A stretch of 64,000 nt of DNA from assembly GCA_002269645.1 (NCBI GenBank), contig NIVC01000184.1, positions 124,001-188,000 of the forward strand. The letters run 5' to 3'. Below are positions 25,730-36,784 of the stretch, in pieces. Source of the stretch: Macrostomum lignano (Eukaryota). The stretch's first letter is position 1; every line of letters begins with the position of its first letter. The notes under the pieces are model-generated. The model did not search any database. It was not told the origin of the DNA and saw only the letters and a program-made list of their open reading frames with translations. Both the position numbers and the translations under genes were made by a program.

Positions 25730-28700
25730 CTGTGTCGAAATATTCGAATTAAGTTCTGAATTAAATAGCCGAAAATCAATCAATGAATTCAATGACCTGT
25801 CAGTTTTGGCGATTCACTGCCCCACCGGCATCAATTTGAGAATGAGTTTTGAAACTTTATTTGATGGGTCTTGCTCCTACTAAGTGTTAAAGACCATTAG
25901 CAAATGAACTGACTCAGACCGCAGTACGAGATAACTTAAGTACTTCGCGCTGCTATTACTTCTATGAAATGGCACTCTTTTTAGAATTCGCTTATCTCTA
26001 TCGCTTACTCAGCTGGCCCAATATCGGTAGTTTCCTTTAAAATAGCATCGTTAAAAGCTTTTTGCCATATAACCAATCCATGTTTCTATGGTAACAGCAG
26101 CCTCCCTCCAACGGAGATCGCAGCTGTATTGCTAATGGTATTGCTAATGGTGTGCGCATTACCGAATCTGCGAGAATGGGTCGTCAACGAACCTGATATG
26201 ATGGTGATAATTTGATGTAAATTTTCATGCCTAGTTAAAAGACCAATTTTGCGGTCGTATTCATGAAACGCTTTATAACGACGTAGACTAAACGCAACTT
26301 ATTTTTATTTGGTCGTCGATTATGCCTTTTGGTTTTTTAAACTTACGAAATACGACTATTAAGACGTTTTGTTTATGCGATCATTTGATGTAATGAAATG
26401 AACTTTAAAATGAAATGGCGAATTGAAATGCATGCAGATATGGATATAAAATTGAAAAGCTTCACAAGAAGCAAAATTGATTAAATATAGCGTAATAAAT
26501 TATCTACCATGAACTCATAAGTTCCTGCTTTTTAGATCGGCACTTTTCTTGCCATTTGCAATGCCTCACTAACTATATACAGCGCATAGCCCCTGATCTA
26601 CTTAATGACATCGGAATGCAGAACCTATCAACCCAAAAAAGGGCATGCTATTGTGGTAGTGCGAAGTAAAACGCGAGTGATAGTGGCAAGAGTTATAGTG
26701 AAAAAAGTAAAACTAGCCGCAGTTTTAACTAAAATGTTACAGATTTGATTTGTGATCTCGCAATCTGTCCTTCTCAACTTTTAAGGACCCCCAGCTATAG
26801 CTGGGCAGGCTGGTTGCTCTTTCTGCGTGTGTCGTTCCGATTTCCATCTCGCAGACAATCGTCGGGCCGGGCGAAAACGAAGCCAAAATAGCATTGAGAT
26901 TGTGTATCAAGGCGCTGACCGACAAGCTAAGGAACTTTCACGATGTCAGTCGTTCATCTAGTCTGGTGCCCGACGTCCGCGAGGATCTGCAGTGTCGCCG
27001 CGTGCTTGTCTGGACTGTCTTTAATTCTGTGAGGGTGATTCGTGATTCTGCAGTCCAAGAGAGGCAACGGCGACAGACAAGTTCGAACAGCAGGAAGTTG
27101 ACTCTTCAAGATCAGCGACGAGCGAGATACCAACACGGCACTGTATTGTGGCGGGGCCTAGCTGGTCCGTCCAAGCGACCTGTTGCGCCCTCGGTGACGT
27201 CAGCTGGCAGGCCGAGTCGTACTGCCCTCAGCCGGTGCAGGAGGTGCTGCTGCTGACTCTGCAGTCACCCAGCTACCGGCACGTACATTTACTCCGCCTT
27301 TCGTCGACTGGGTTCCAGCTGAGGCCGGTTTGCCAGATCAAAGTTCGGTAGCGAAAATCGCGATAAAAATAATCAAAAGCACGTGACTTTGCAAGACTGT
27401 TGTCTAGCGTTAAAAATTGGCTCAAAGTAGGGAAAAGGGGCAAAAAACGCAAACAACCTCCTGCTAGTAGTCCACACGGTAAGAGCTCAATATGATACAG
27501 TATATTAAAATTTTTAAAAGAATGAGTCCTCATCATAAAACAGTAAAATACTTTTTTGAGTGGCCCTTGTAAGCATCTGTAATGAACTGGTCACCTTTCA
27601 ACAAGCGAGCTTCTTATAACTGTCAAAACTGAATGCAAAACTATTGAGTTGAAAATTGACGCGAATAAAAAGATGGCTTTCTCAAGCAGCTTGTCTATCA
27701 ATTCTATATTGTTTACCTGCGAAATTTAGAGTGGCCTCACGTCAGTAAAGCAACCCTGGCAGGTTCCTCAGGCATGAGGACTACATGCTTCTTTCCAGGT
27801 CACTCAGGGTTACAAAAGAAATTGTCAGAATTAGTTGCAGCCATCATTCAACATCAAATGCGAAGAGCTCTTGCTACTCACCTGCCCACAGATACTCGAG
27901 GCAGATGCATCTAGGAGAACAGAATTATAAGGAGAAATGCAAAGCCCTGTGGAAAGTATGCAAACCTCTTTTGTGCTATAGTTGTCGCTGAAAAGTAGAA
28001 AACAGAGAACAAAGTTCTCCACTTTGTTCTCTGTTCTCTGTGAAGTTCTCCACATTCAGGGACGAAATTCACGAATACCTCAAGGTGATGCGGATGTGAA
28101 TACCGTGAGCGGAGGTTGATTTCTCCACCGGAGATTACCCGTGTCAAATGGGTCACTCGAATGACGATTTACTCTTATGCTCCTATGTCATGTATGTCCT
28201 CTAGTTTTAAAAAAGGCAAAACCTTTATCTCAGTCGAGCACAATGTTGAATTAATGAACGATAAGTCAAAATAGTAAAAGACATTTTGGAATTGCTAAAT
28301 AGAAAGAAAAAGTAAACCAGCTGTCACTAGAAGTGAAGAAGCAGACTTCATTTCAATTTATTACGAAAAATATTTTGATTTCATTTGATTCATTTTGATT
28401 TTAGCTCGTAATGGTACTTTAGGTAAATAACAAGGCGCTGCTGAAAGCGCTCAAATCCCTTAGTGCTAAAGAAACTCATTACTTTATATTACGATAATTA
28501 ACTAAAAATTTCTCTAAAAGAAAGTCGAGAGAGATTAAAATTAATAATAGAAATGAGCCGACCTAGACGAGGTCACCTGGCACAGGGTATCCTGACTATG
28601 CTGACCTAAAGTGACAGGGTCGATCTGCGATATGTACGCTTGTATTGTCACGAATAAGTCGGTTGTCTGCAAACTGCGCAACAAAGTTAAATGGAAAGGT

Positions 28701-29289
28701 AAAAATTAGTCTTCTTAAATATTGTCAATTTAGCTGGGGATGTCAGTCGAAGGGAGACCAGCATTCGCACAGGACGGCTCGTGGGGTAGCAGAGACCTCT
28801 CTGAAGTCGGACAGCTTGTCGTGACCAAACCACCTTCCGATAGCATTCTCCGGATCCTGGGGCTCTCCGCTGCCCCACAGGCTGGCGTCAACGGAGATGT
28901 TGCAGCCGACCCAGTACCAGCCGCCTGCTGGCTCCGGGCTGCCAGCCGGCTGGAGGCCGCCCAGCCAGAACGAGGTGCCGCCCGCCCGGCTGTCGTAGAT
29001 CGAGTCCACGTGGCTCATCTCGGAGGCGTCCACAACGTCGGCCATGATCACCAGACCGCTCTCCGACTCGCACAGGTGTCTGCTCGGCCACCAGAAATCG
29101 GCGTTAAAGTGCAGCTTGTACTTCACTCCGCACAGGTCGTCTCCGTAGCCAGACGGACACAGCGCGCCCGCCTCGAGTCCCGGCTGCTGCTTCACAAACA
29201 CCCGGCCTCTCCTGGAGCAGCCGCAGTCCCTCACCGATTTGCTGCACTTGTCGAACACGAACAGCTGGCACGGACCGTCAGCCAGGCTG
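25730..29289. repeat. Segmental duplication, copy 1 (paralogous to 33310-36590)
   Basis: Colinear near-identity by eye; copy 1 has extra sequence at ~28403-28692 and a 24-nt insertion near 27770. Confidence 0.93.
26082..26095. promoter_or_regulatory. RFX X-box-like motif (GTTTCTATGGTAAC) next to a CCAAT box; second copy at 33645-33658
   Basis: Reverse complement GTTACCATAGAAAC fits the RTHNYY-WT-RRNRAC consensus; CCAAT lies ~6 nt away. Confidence 0.45.
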
Positions 29290-29498
29290 GGTTGCGCTGG
29301 GTGAGGAGGGATTGGGAAGAGCGGAGGGAAAAGATTAGATAGCCTGCACCTGCGCCAGCGTCTGTCGATACCGTGCAAAACCGAGCCAAAGCGACAGTCA
29401 GCCACGCCAGATCGGCTCGAAGCTGCGGACAGCAGCATAAGCGGCGCAGGTGCCCCGGCCTTTGGTAAGACGTGCAATAATTGTGCTCGCACGATCAT
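28743..29498 (-). CDS. Lectin 2: C-type lectin with truncated PAN domain; N-terminal ~70 codons derive from antisense Gypsy-like sequence (chimeric ORF or pseudogene)
   Basis: 28743-29289 is nearly identical to the gene at 36044-36590; identity stops at 29289. Confidence 0.7.
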   Translation of the reverse strand: MIVRAQLLHVLPKAGAPAPLMLLSAASSRSGVADCRFGSVLHGIDRRWRRCRLSNLFPPLFPIPPHPAQPSLADGPCQLFVFDKCSKSVRDCGCSRRGRVFVKQQPGLEAGALCPSGYGDDLCGVKYKLHFNADFWWPSRHLCESESGLVIMADVVDASEMSHVDSIYDSRAGGTSFWLGGLQPAGSPEPAGGWYWVGCNISVDASLWGSGEPQDPENAIGRWFGHDKLSDFREVSATPRAVLCECWSPFD

Positions 29499-29600
29499 TT
29501 TTCGTCCGTGTGCCGCTCAGCGAAGGTCAACGAGCTGGTGGAGGACTCCAAGGCTTACTGTGCTGGCGATACTCCGGCGCTGGAGAAGCCGAATGCTCGC
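29290..29600 (+). mobile_element. Gypsy (K02A2.6/Mag-like) gag remnant with zinc knuckle
   Basis: Frameshifted CGQQH..RRCPAFGKTCNNCAR-DHFSSVCRS at ~29424-29515 matches the gag CCHC knuckle of this clade. Confidence 0.75.
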
Positions 29601-30029
29601 CAGCCCAAGCTGCAGACTGATAGTCTCGGCGATGTGCAACCACTCCAAGGTTCTTTGGGACTGCTCCGAGTCTGAGATTTCAGCTCGGATTTTTCGTTTG
29701 TATTTATACACAATTTGTCGACCTTGAGCTCAAAACCGGTTTTTTTATGAGTTCACGAAAGGAATTTTATTATTTGACAGGTGGGGTTTTTTAATAGAAA
29801 AGGGTGGGACTCGGGTCGCATTCAGGTTAACTTTTACCATATTTGGAAGTTCTAAAAATAGATGTTGAAAACTGTTTTTTTAACAATATAATAGTCACTC
29901 GCTGTTTTCGTGATATTACTGGTATTACTAAAAATAGAGTATGACGCATTGACATTTTTAAATTTGTGTTCACATTTTCATCCTACTACTTCTAGTAGGC
30001 TACCATGTTTGGAGATCTCTACAGTAAGA

Positions 30030-30904
30030 ATGTCAGACTTCAGTTTGTTAGTCGTCGGCGAGAGCTCTACACTGATTATCGGCTGGAAATCAGCAATCAA
30101 GGAGCTTCAGTTGGTCAAGAAACTATTTTTTGTGCAGAGCCAGAGCAGCAGCATCAGTAAAGTGCAAAAGCAGTAGGTGTCAGAACTCACAGCCTCTTAG
30201 TTGAAAGCCGCATACCCTGAAGTATTCAACGGCGTTGGCTGCATGAAGCAACCGTACACCATCCGGCTTGCTGACAAAGCCGCTCCAAAGGTGAGCCACC
30301 TCGCAAGGTGCCGTTCGCTGCGTATCAACCACTTAAATGTGAGCTCGAGGGACTGGAGAAAGAAGGTACCATTGTGGGAGTTGATGAGCAGGCACAATGG
30401 GTCTCCAGTGTGGCCATCGTGTGGAAGAAGGACGGATCCATGTGGCTGTGCCTGGATCCGACATACCTGAATAGGTTCATCGTTTGTGAGTACCATCCAA
30501 TTCTGACGGCCAAGGAGGTGCGAACTGCGACTGCTGGAGCCATCCTGTACAGCTCATTCGACGCGAACGAGAGCTTTCATCAGCTGAAACTCGACGACGA
30601 AAGTTCTTTTTTGACAACATTCCACACTCCATTTGGCCGATATCGCTGGAAGCGCGTGCCGTACGGTCTCTCGTCAATCCCACAGGTCTTCCAGAAAAGA
30701 ATGGAAGAGAACTTCACCAACCTCGTGAAGAACACCAAGACCTTCTTTGACGACATCATCGTTTGGGGCAAGACTATCGAGGAGCATGATCAGGCAGTGC
30801 GAGAGCTCCTGGAGCAGTGCAAGCGAGCCAAGGTGACGCTGAACCCACAGAAGATGCGAGTTTGCATCCAAAAACTCAACTACCTGGGAGATATGCTGCT
30901 CTAA
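30030..30904 (+). mobile_element. Gypsy pol remnant: protease C-terminus and reverse transcriptase, frameshifted and truncated
   Basis: YPEVFNGVG, VPFA...ELEGLEKEGTI, WVSSVAIVWKKDGS.WLCLDP, TTFHTPFGRYRWKRVPYGL, FFDDIIVWG, NYLG; frameshift near 30305; stop at 30902. Confidence 0.93.
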
Positions 30905-30929
30905 GCTCCTGGGAGAACGTGACTACACG

Positions 30930-31370
30930 GTCTTTGTTCCGTTTGACGAGCCTGGGAGGACTCGGGTGATCCCACTGAGCAGCATCTCCTGTGATGTGGG
31001 TAGATTTATGCTCTGCCCAGTAAGGCGCCGGAGTCACGCGGCGTCGATAATTGTATCGAGGAGGTTTGGAAAATTTCTTCAAAGAACGCCTTCGCAATAT
31101 CCAACACCGTGCTGCCAGCTGTCTCCGGTATCTCCGCTCACTTTGACGACCATCCGTGCAACTCATGATACTGGCCCCTTGACGGGCTCGATGATGCCAA
31201 GCTGCTCCAGTGCATGCAGCTGCAGTTCCTTATCCACCGCGTCTGCCGGATTGATCGGCACCTTCGACGGCGCGTGGCAGACAGGATGGGCGCTGTCAGT
31301 CGGGCGGACCTTAGCCGGAGCCACGCTGAAGAAGCACTCAATGCCGTTAAATACGTACCATGGCATGCTT
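30930..31370 (-). mobile_element. Second, more degraded Gypsy RT N-terminal fragment in the opposite orientation
   Basis: VFNGIEC...AHPVCHAPSKVP...VDKEL..LEQLGIIEPVKGPVS and downstream NLPTSQEML; multiple stops and frameshifts. Confidence 0.7.
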
Positions 31371-32611
31371 GAGCATTCAGCACCCTGTTGATGTCCTCGA
31401 CAGCAGCTTGGGGACTCCGCTGACTCGTGTATCACTGAGAGGACTGTCGAAATTGTTGCTTACGTGCCAGCGAACGGCAGCTGCAGCACCTGCTGTCCGT
31501 CTGCAGGCAGTGCATGGTTCCGACCCGCGGGACGCCCAACTGAGTGAATGTCTGACCCTGTCAGCTCTCTTCAACAACCTAGAACGCGGCCACTGCCTGC
31601 TCTGCACCAATTATGCGGATGGACATCGTCGCAGCTTTCCCAGAAGCTGCATTGGCTGGTTTGTCACGTGGCAGCAGACGCGGACTCTGTCTCAGGCTCT
31701 CGACGCATCTCTGTTGATCCGAGTTCGAGCCGCCTCACTGTCATCAGCACTGAAACTCATAGCGTCGTTGACCTTGGCTACTGTGTAGGCCCGATTGTTC
31801 ACCCTGATCGACCTTGCACACCTTAAACGGCGCCGTCTAACGGCCGGTAGATGTTCTCGCCTTTTAACATCGCTACAGCATTCGCGCTGCTCTGTGAGGC
31901 GTCGTGTATGGGACTTGCAGACTGCCCCGCCTTCCCGAGCTTCTGCAGTTCTAGCCTTGTACCAATTGCTGCACCTGAGGGTGTCGAAACTTTTCGCATG
32001 GCAGAGATCGCAGGACGTCTCTGCTGTATTGCTACTGCATATGCATACCATCTTAGCTCGCAATGGTGGACTGTATTTTATAATAAAATGTACGCCTTAG
32101 TATCAGCTATATTGTAGCTGTTTAGTTAAATCAACACGTCCAACATCCAACCTAGTGATTATCCATTGTGAATCATGGCTTCAGGACATATTTATTTTGA
32201 ATTAACTTGATTCAAGAGGCTCCGCCATATTGGAGAACAAATGAAGTAAAACGAAAACCGTCCAAGAATTTTCAAGCATTGTAATATTGGTGGTAATTGG
32301 TTCGAATTTTAAGACTATTGAATGATAAGTGGTTAAAGATTAATTGATAAGGGCTTTTTGCCCATGCGAATGTACGAGTTTCTCACGTGTTAAATTTTCA
32401 ATGGCAAATATAACTAAGGAAAATTTTAGCATAAGTACGAAGTGAGTTCCTAACGATCGAAGACGCCAAATTCAGTGCAGGCATTAGTGCAGCAGAACTC
32501 GAAACCTGCAGAGCTGTCAATTGAGTCATCATCTACTCGAACGGTAAGACGCATTCCCACAGGACATTGCACTGAGCAACGGAGTTCAAGAAATCCGACA
32601 AGCCCCCAAGC

Positions 32612-33182
32612 TCATAGAACCGACCAATGACATTCTCGCCACTCGCTCCCTAATTGTCCAGCTCCACAGGCTGTCGTCGACAGTGATGTTGCAGCCGACC
32701 CAGTACCAGCCGCCTCGGTTCTCGGTGCTGCCAGCCAGCTTGTTGCCACATGGTGAATCCAGCGCTGTATTTGCTGTAGATCGTCTCCATGTGGCCCATC
32801 TCGGTCACCAAACCGCTCTCCGACTCGCATTTCTGTTTGCTCGGCCACCAGAAATCCGCTCCATTGAGCAGCTTGTACTTCACACCGCACAGGTCGACTC
32901 CGTAGCCAGACGGACACAGCGCGCCCGTCTCGAGTCCCGGCTATTGCTTCACGAACACCCGGCCTCTCCTGGAGCAGCCGCAGTCCCTCACCGACTTGCT
33001 GCACTTGTCGAACACGAACAGCTGGCACGGACCGTCAGCCATGCAGGCTTAACGCCTGACAGCGCCGGTTTCGGTTGCAAAAATCCATTGATTGGTTTGA
33101 AAGAAACCTCGTTCAACAGTCGTCCTGAGCAGTTCCACGGAGAACCAGTAGCTGCAGCAGTGCACAGAGCAATGCCTGCACT
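32612..33182 (-). pseudogene. Lectin 3 pseudogene (signal-like segment + PAN + CTLD)
   Basis: 4-nt insertion (33041-33044) and CAG>TAG (32941-32943) within the conserved core; further disruption in the CTLD; preceded by a 60-nt exon (33309-33250) with canonical splice sites. Confidence 0.85.
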
Positions 33183-33309
33183 CTAAAATGTGGAGAGTCA
33201 ATTAGTTTTTGTCCGCATGAAGTCGCACAAATTTGCAGGTTTGACTTACCGCAGCTTGAAGCCCAGAACCGTTTTTCTGTTTCTAACACCAACGTGTTTG
33301 AAGTAGGCA

Positions 33310-36300
33310 CTATGTCGAAATATTCGAATCAAGTTCTGAATTAAATAGCCGAAAAGGATATATATACCTGTCAGTTTTGGCGATTCACTGCCCCACCGGC
33401 ATCAATTTGAGAATGAGTTTTGAAACTTTATTTGATGGGTCTTGCTCCTACTAAGTGTTAAAGACCATTAGCAAATGAACTGACTCAGACCGCAGTACGA
33501 GATAACTTAAGTACTTCGCGCTGCTGTTACTTCTATAAAATGGCGCTCCTCCTAGAATTTGCTATCGTTTTGTCTTTCTTGGCCCAATATCGGTAGATTC
33601 ATGAATAGCATCGCTAAAAGCTTTTTGCCATATAACCAATCCATGTTTCTATGGTAACAGCAGCCTCCCTCCAACGGAGATCGCAGCTGTATTGCTAATG
33701 GTATTGCTTATGGTGTGCGCATTACCGAATCTGCGAGAATGGGTCGTCAACGAACCTGATATAATGGTGATAATTTGATGTAAATTTTCATGCCTAGTTA
33801 AAAGACCAATTTTGCGGTCATATTCATGAAACGCTTTATAACGACGTAGACTAAACGCAACTTATTTTTATTTGGTCGTCGATTATGCCTTTTGGTTTTT
33901 TAAACTTACGAAATACGACTATTAAGACGTTTTGTTTATGCGATCATTTGATGTAATGAAATGAACTTTAAAATGAAATGGCGAATTGAAATGCATGCAG
34001 ATATGGATATAAAATTGAAAAGCTTCACAAGAAGCAAAATTGATTAAATATAGCGTAATAAATTATCTACCATGAACTCATAAGTTCCTGCTTTTTAGAT
34101 CGGCACTTTTCTTGCTAGCCCCACTAACTATGTACAGCGCATAGCCCCTGATCTACTTAATGATATCGGAATGCAGAACCTATCAACCCATAAAAAGGGC
34201 ATGCTATTGCGGTAGTGCGAAGAAAAATTCGAGTGATAGTGAATTACTGAATTATTGAATTTCACGAGTTATAGTGAATAAAAGTATAAATAGCCGCAGT
34301 TTTTAACTAAAATGTTACAGATTCGATTTGGGATCTAGCAATCTGTCCTTCTCAAATTTTAAGGACCTCCAGCTATAGCTGGGCAGGCTGGTTGCTCTTT
34401 CTACGCGTGTCGTTCTGATTTCCATCTCGCAGACAATCTTCGGGCCGGGCGAAAACGAAGCCAAAATAGCATTGAGATTGTGTATCAAGGCGCTGACCGA
34501 CAAGCGAAGGAACTTTCACGATGTCAGTCGTTCATCTAGTCTGGTGCCCGACGTCCGCGAGGATCTGCAGTGTCGCCGCCGCGTGCTTGTCTGGACTGTC
34601 TTTAATTCTGTGAGGGTGATTCGTGATTCTGCAGTCCAAGAGAGGCAACGGCGACAGACAAGTTCGAACAGCAGGAAGTTGACTCTTCAAGATCAGCGAC
34701 GAGCGAGATACCAACACGGCACTGTATTGTGGCGGGGCCTAGCTGGTCCGTTTAAGCGACCTGTTGCGCCCTCGGTGACATCAGCTGGCAGGCCGAGTCG
34801 TACTGCCCTCAGCCGGTGCAGGAGGTGCTGCTGCTGACTCTGCAGTCACCCAGCTACCGGCACGTACATTTACTCCGCCTTTCGTCGACTGGGTTCCAGC
34901 TGAGGCCGGTTTGCCAGATCAAAGTTCGGTGGCGAAAATCGCGATAAAAATAATCAAAAGCACGTGACTTTGCAAGACTGTTGTCTGGCGTTAAAAATTG
35001 GCTCAAAGTAGGGAAAAGGGGCAAAAAACGCAAAGAGCCGCCTGCTAGTAGTCCACACGGCAAGAGCTCAATATGATAGTATATTAAAAGTTTTAAAAGA
35101 ATGAGTCCTCATCAGAAAACTGCAAAATACTTTTTGAGTGGCCCGTGTAAGCATCTGTAATGAATTGGTGTTTGTTGAAACATCTTGTTCACATTTCAAC
35201 AAGCAAGTTTCTCAGAGGGTGTCACAACTGAATGCAAAACTATTGAGTTGAAAATTGACGCGAATAAAAAGGTGGCTTTCTCTAAGCAGCCTGTCTATCA
35301 ATTCTATTGTTTACCTGCGAAATTTAGAGTGGCCTCACGTCAGTAAAGCAACCCTGGCAGGTTCCTTTCCAGGTCACTCAGGGTTACAAAAGAAATTGTC
35401 AGAATTAGTTGCAGCCATCATTCAACATCAAATGCGAAGAGCTCTTGCTACTCACCTGCCCACAGATACTCGAGGCAGATGCATCTAGGAGAACAGAATA
35501 AGGAGAAATGCAAAGCCCTGTGGAAAGTATGCAAACCTCTTTTGTGCTATAGTTGTCGCTGAAAAGTAGAAAACAGAGAACAAAGTTCTCCACTTTGTTC
35601 TCTGTTCTCTGTGAAGTTCTCCACATTCAGGGACGAAATTCACGAATACCTCAAGGTGATGCGGATGGGAATACCGTGAGCGGAGGTTGATTTCTCCACC
35701 GGAGATTACCCGTGTCAAATGGGTCACTCGAATGACGATTTACTCTTATGCTCTTATGTCATGTACGTCCTCTAGTTTTAAAAAAGGCAAAACCTTCATC
35801 TCAGTCGAGTTTCCATAACAGCCCCAGTGCACAATGTTGAATTAATGAACGATACGTCAAAATAGTAAAAGACATTTTGGAATTGCTAAATAGAAAGAAA
35901 AAGCAAACCAGCTGTCACTAGAAGTGAAGAAGCAGACTTCATTTCAATTTATTATGAAAAATATTTTGATTGTATTTGATTCATTTTGATTTTGGAAAGG
36001 TAAAAATTAGTCTGCTTAAATATTGTCAATTTAGCTGGGGATGTTAATCGAAGCGAGACCAGCATTCGCACAGGACGGCTCGTGGGGTAGCAGAGACCTC
36101 TCTGAAGTCGGACAGCTTGTCGTGACCGAACCACCTTCCGATAGCATTCTCCGGATCCTGGGGCTCTCCGCTGCCCCACAGGCTGGCGTCAACGGAGATG
36201 TTGCAGCCGACCCAGTACCAGCCGCCTGCTGGCTCCGGGCTGCCAGCCGGCTGGAGGCCGCCCAGCCAGAACGAGGTGCCGCCCGCCCGGCTGTCGTAGA

Positions 36301-36590
36301 TCGAGTCCACGTGGCTCATCTCGGAGGCGTCCACAACGTCGGCCATGATCACCAGACCGCTCTCCGACTCGCACAGGTGTCTGCTCGGCCACCAGAAATC
36401 GGCGTTAAAGTGCAGCTTGTACTTCACTCCGCACAGGTCGTCTCCGTAGCCAGACGGACACAGCGCGCCCGCCTCGAGTCCCGGCTGCTGCTTCACAAAC
36501 ACCCGGCCTCTCCTGGAGCAGCCGCAGTCCCTCACCGACTTGCTGCACTTGTCGAACATGAACAGCTGGCACGGACCGTCAGCCAGGCTG
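33310..36590. repeat. Segmental duplication, copy 2 (paralogous to 25730-29289)
   Basis: Colinear near-identity; same ORF fragments recur in the track (e.g. 26894 vs 34472, 28743 vs 36044). Confidence 0.93.
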
Positions 36591-36784
36591 AACGCCTGAC
36601 AGCGCGGATTGCGGCTGCACAGAGCGGCACAATGGATCTCAGAGTGCGAGCCAGCATGGGTCTCAATAAAGTCACTCCTGATGCACAGGTAGCCTTTGAT
36701 TTGTCTGTAGCTATGTAGCACTGCACCTGGAAGTCCTAACGCCAAAAGGATCATCACCAGCTTTGCTGACACTTGATTTGTCAT
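36044..36784 (-). CDS. Lectin 4: secreted PAN/apple-like + Cys-rich linker + C-type lectin protein, intronless, ~246 aa
   Basis: ATG at 36784 (the track start at 36823 is TTG); signal-like KLVMILLALGLPGAV; CAALCSRNPRCQAFS (PAN-like); CTLD FWLGG, GWYWV, WGSGEPQD, LCEC. Confidence 0.88.
   Translation of the reverse strand: MTNQVSAKLVMILLALGLPGAVLHSYRQIKGYLCIRSDFIETHAGSHSEIHCAALCSRNPRCQAFSLADGPCQLFMFDKCSKSVRDCGCSRRGRVFVKQQPGLEAGALCPSGYGDDLCGVKYKLHFNADFWWPSRHLCESESGLVIMADVVDASEMSHVDSIYDSRAGGTSFWLGGLQPAGSPEPAGGWYWVGCNISVDASLWGSGEPQDPENAIGRWFGHDKLSDFREVSATPRAVLCECWSRFD

Noticed and set aside
30178-30190. GGTGTCAGAA resembling a Gypsy primer-binding site
   Set aside because: Lies inside the protease-RT linker with no adjacent LTR
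31400-32100. Possible gag/LTR of the - strand Gypsy element
   Set aside because: Only a weak PADGQ..CxxC hint across frameshifts; insufficient support
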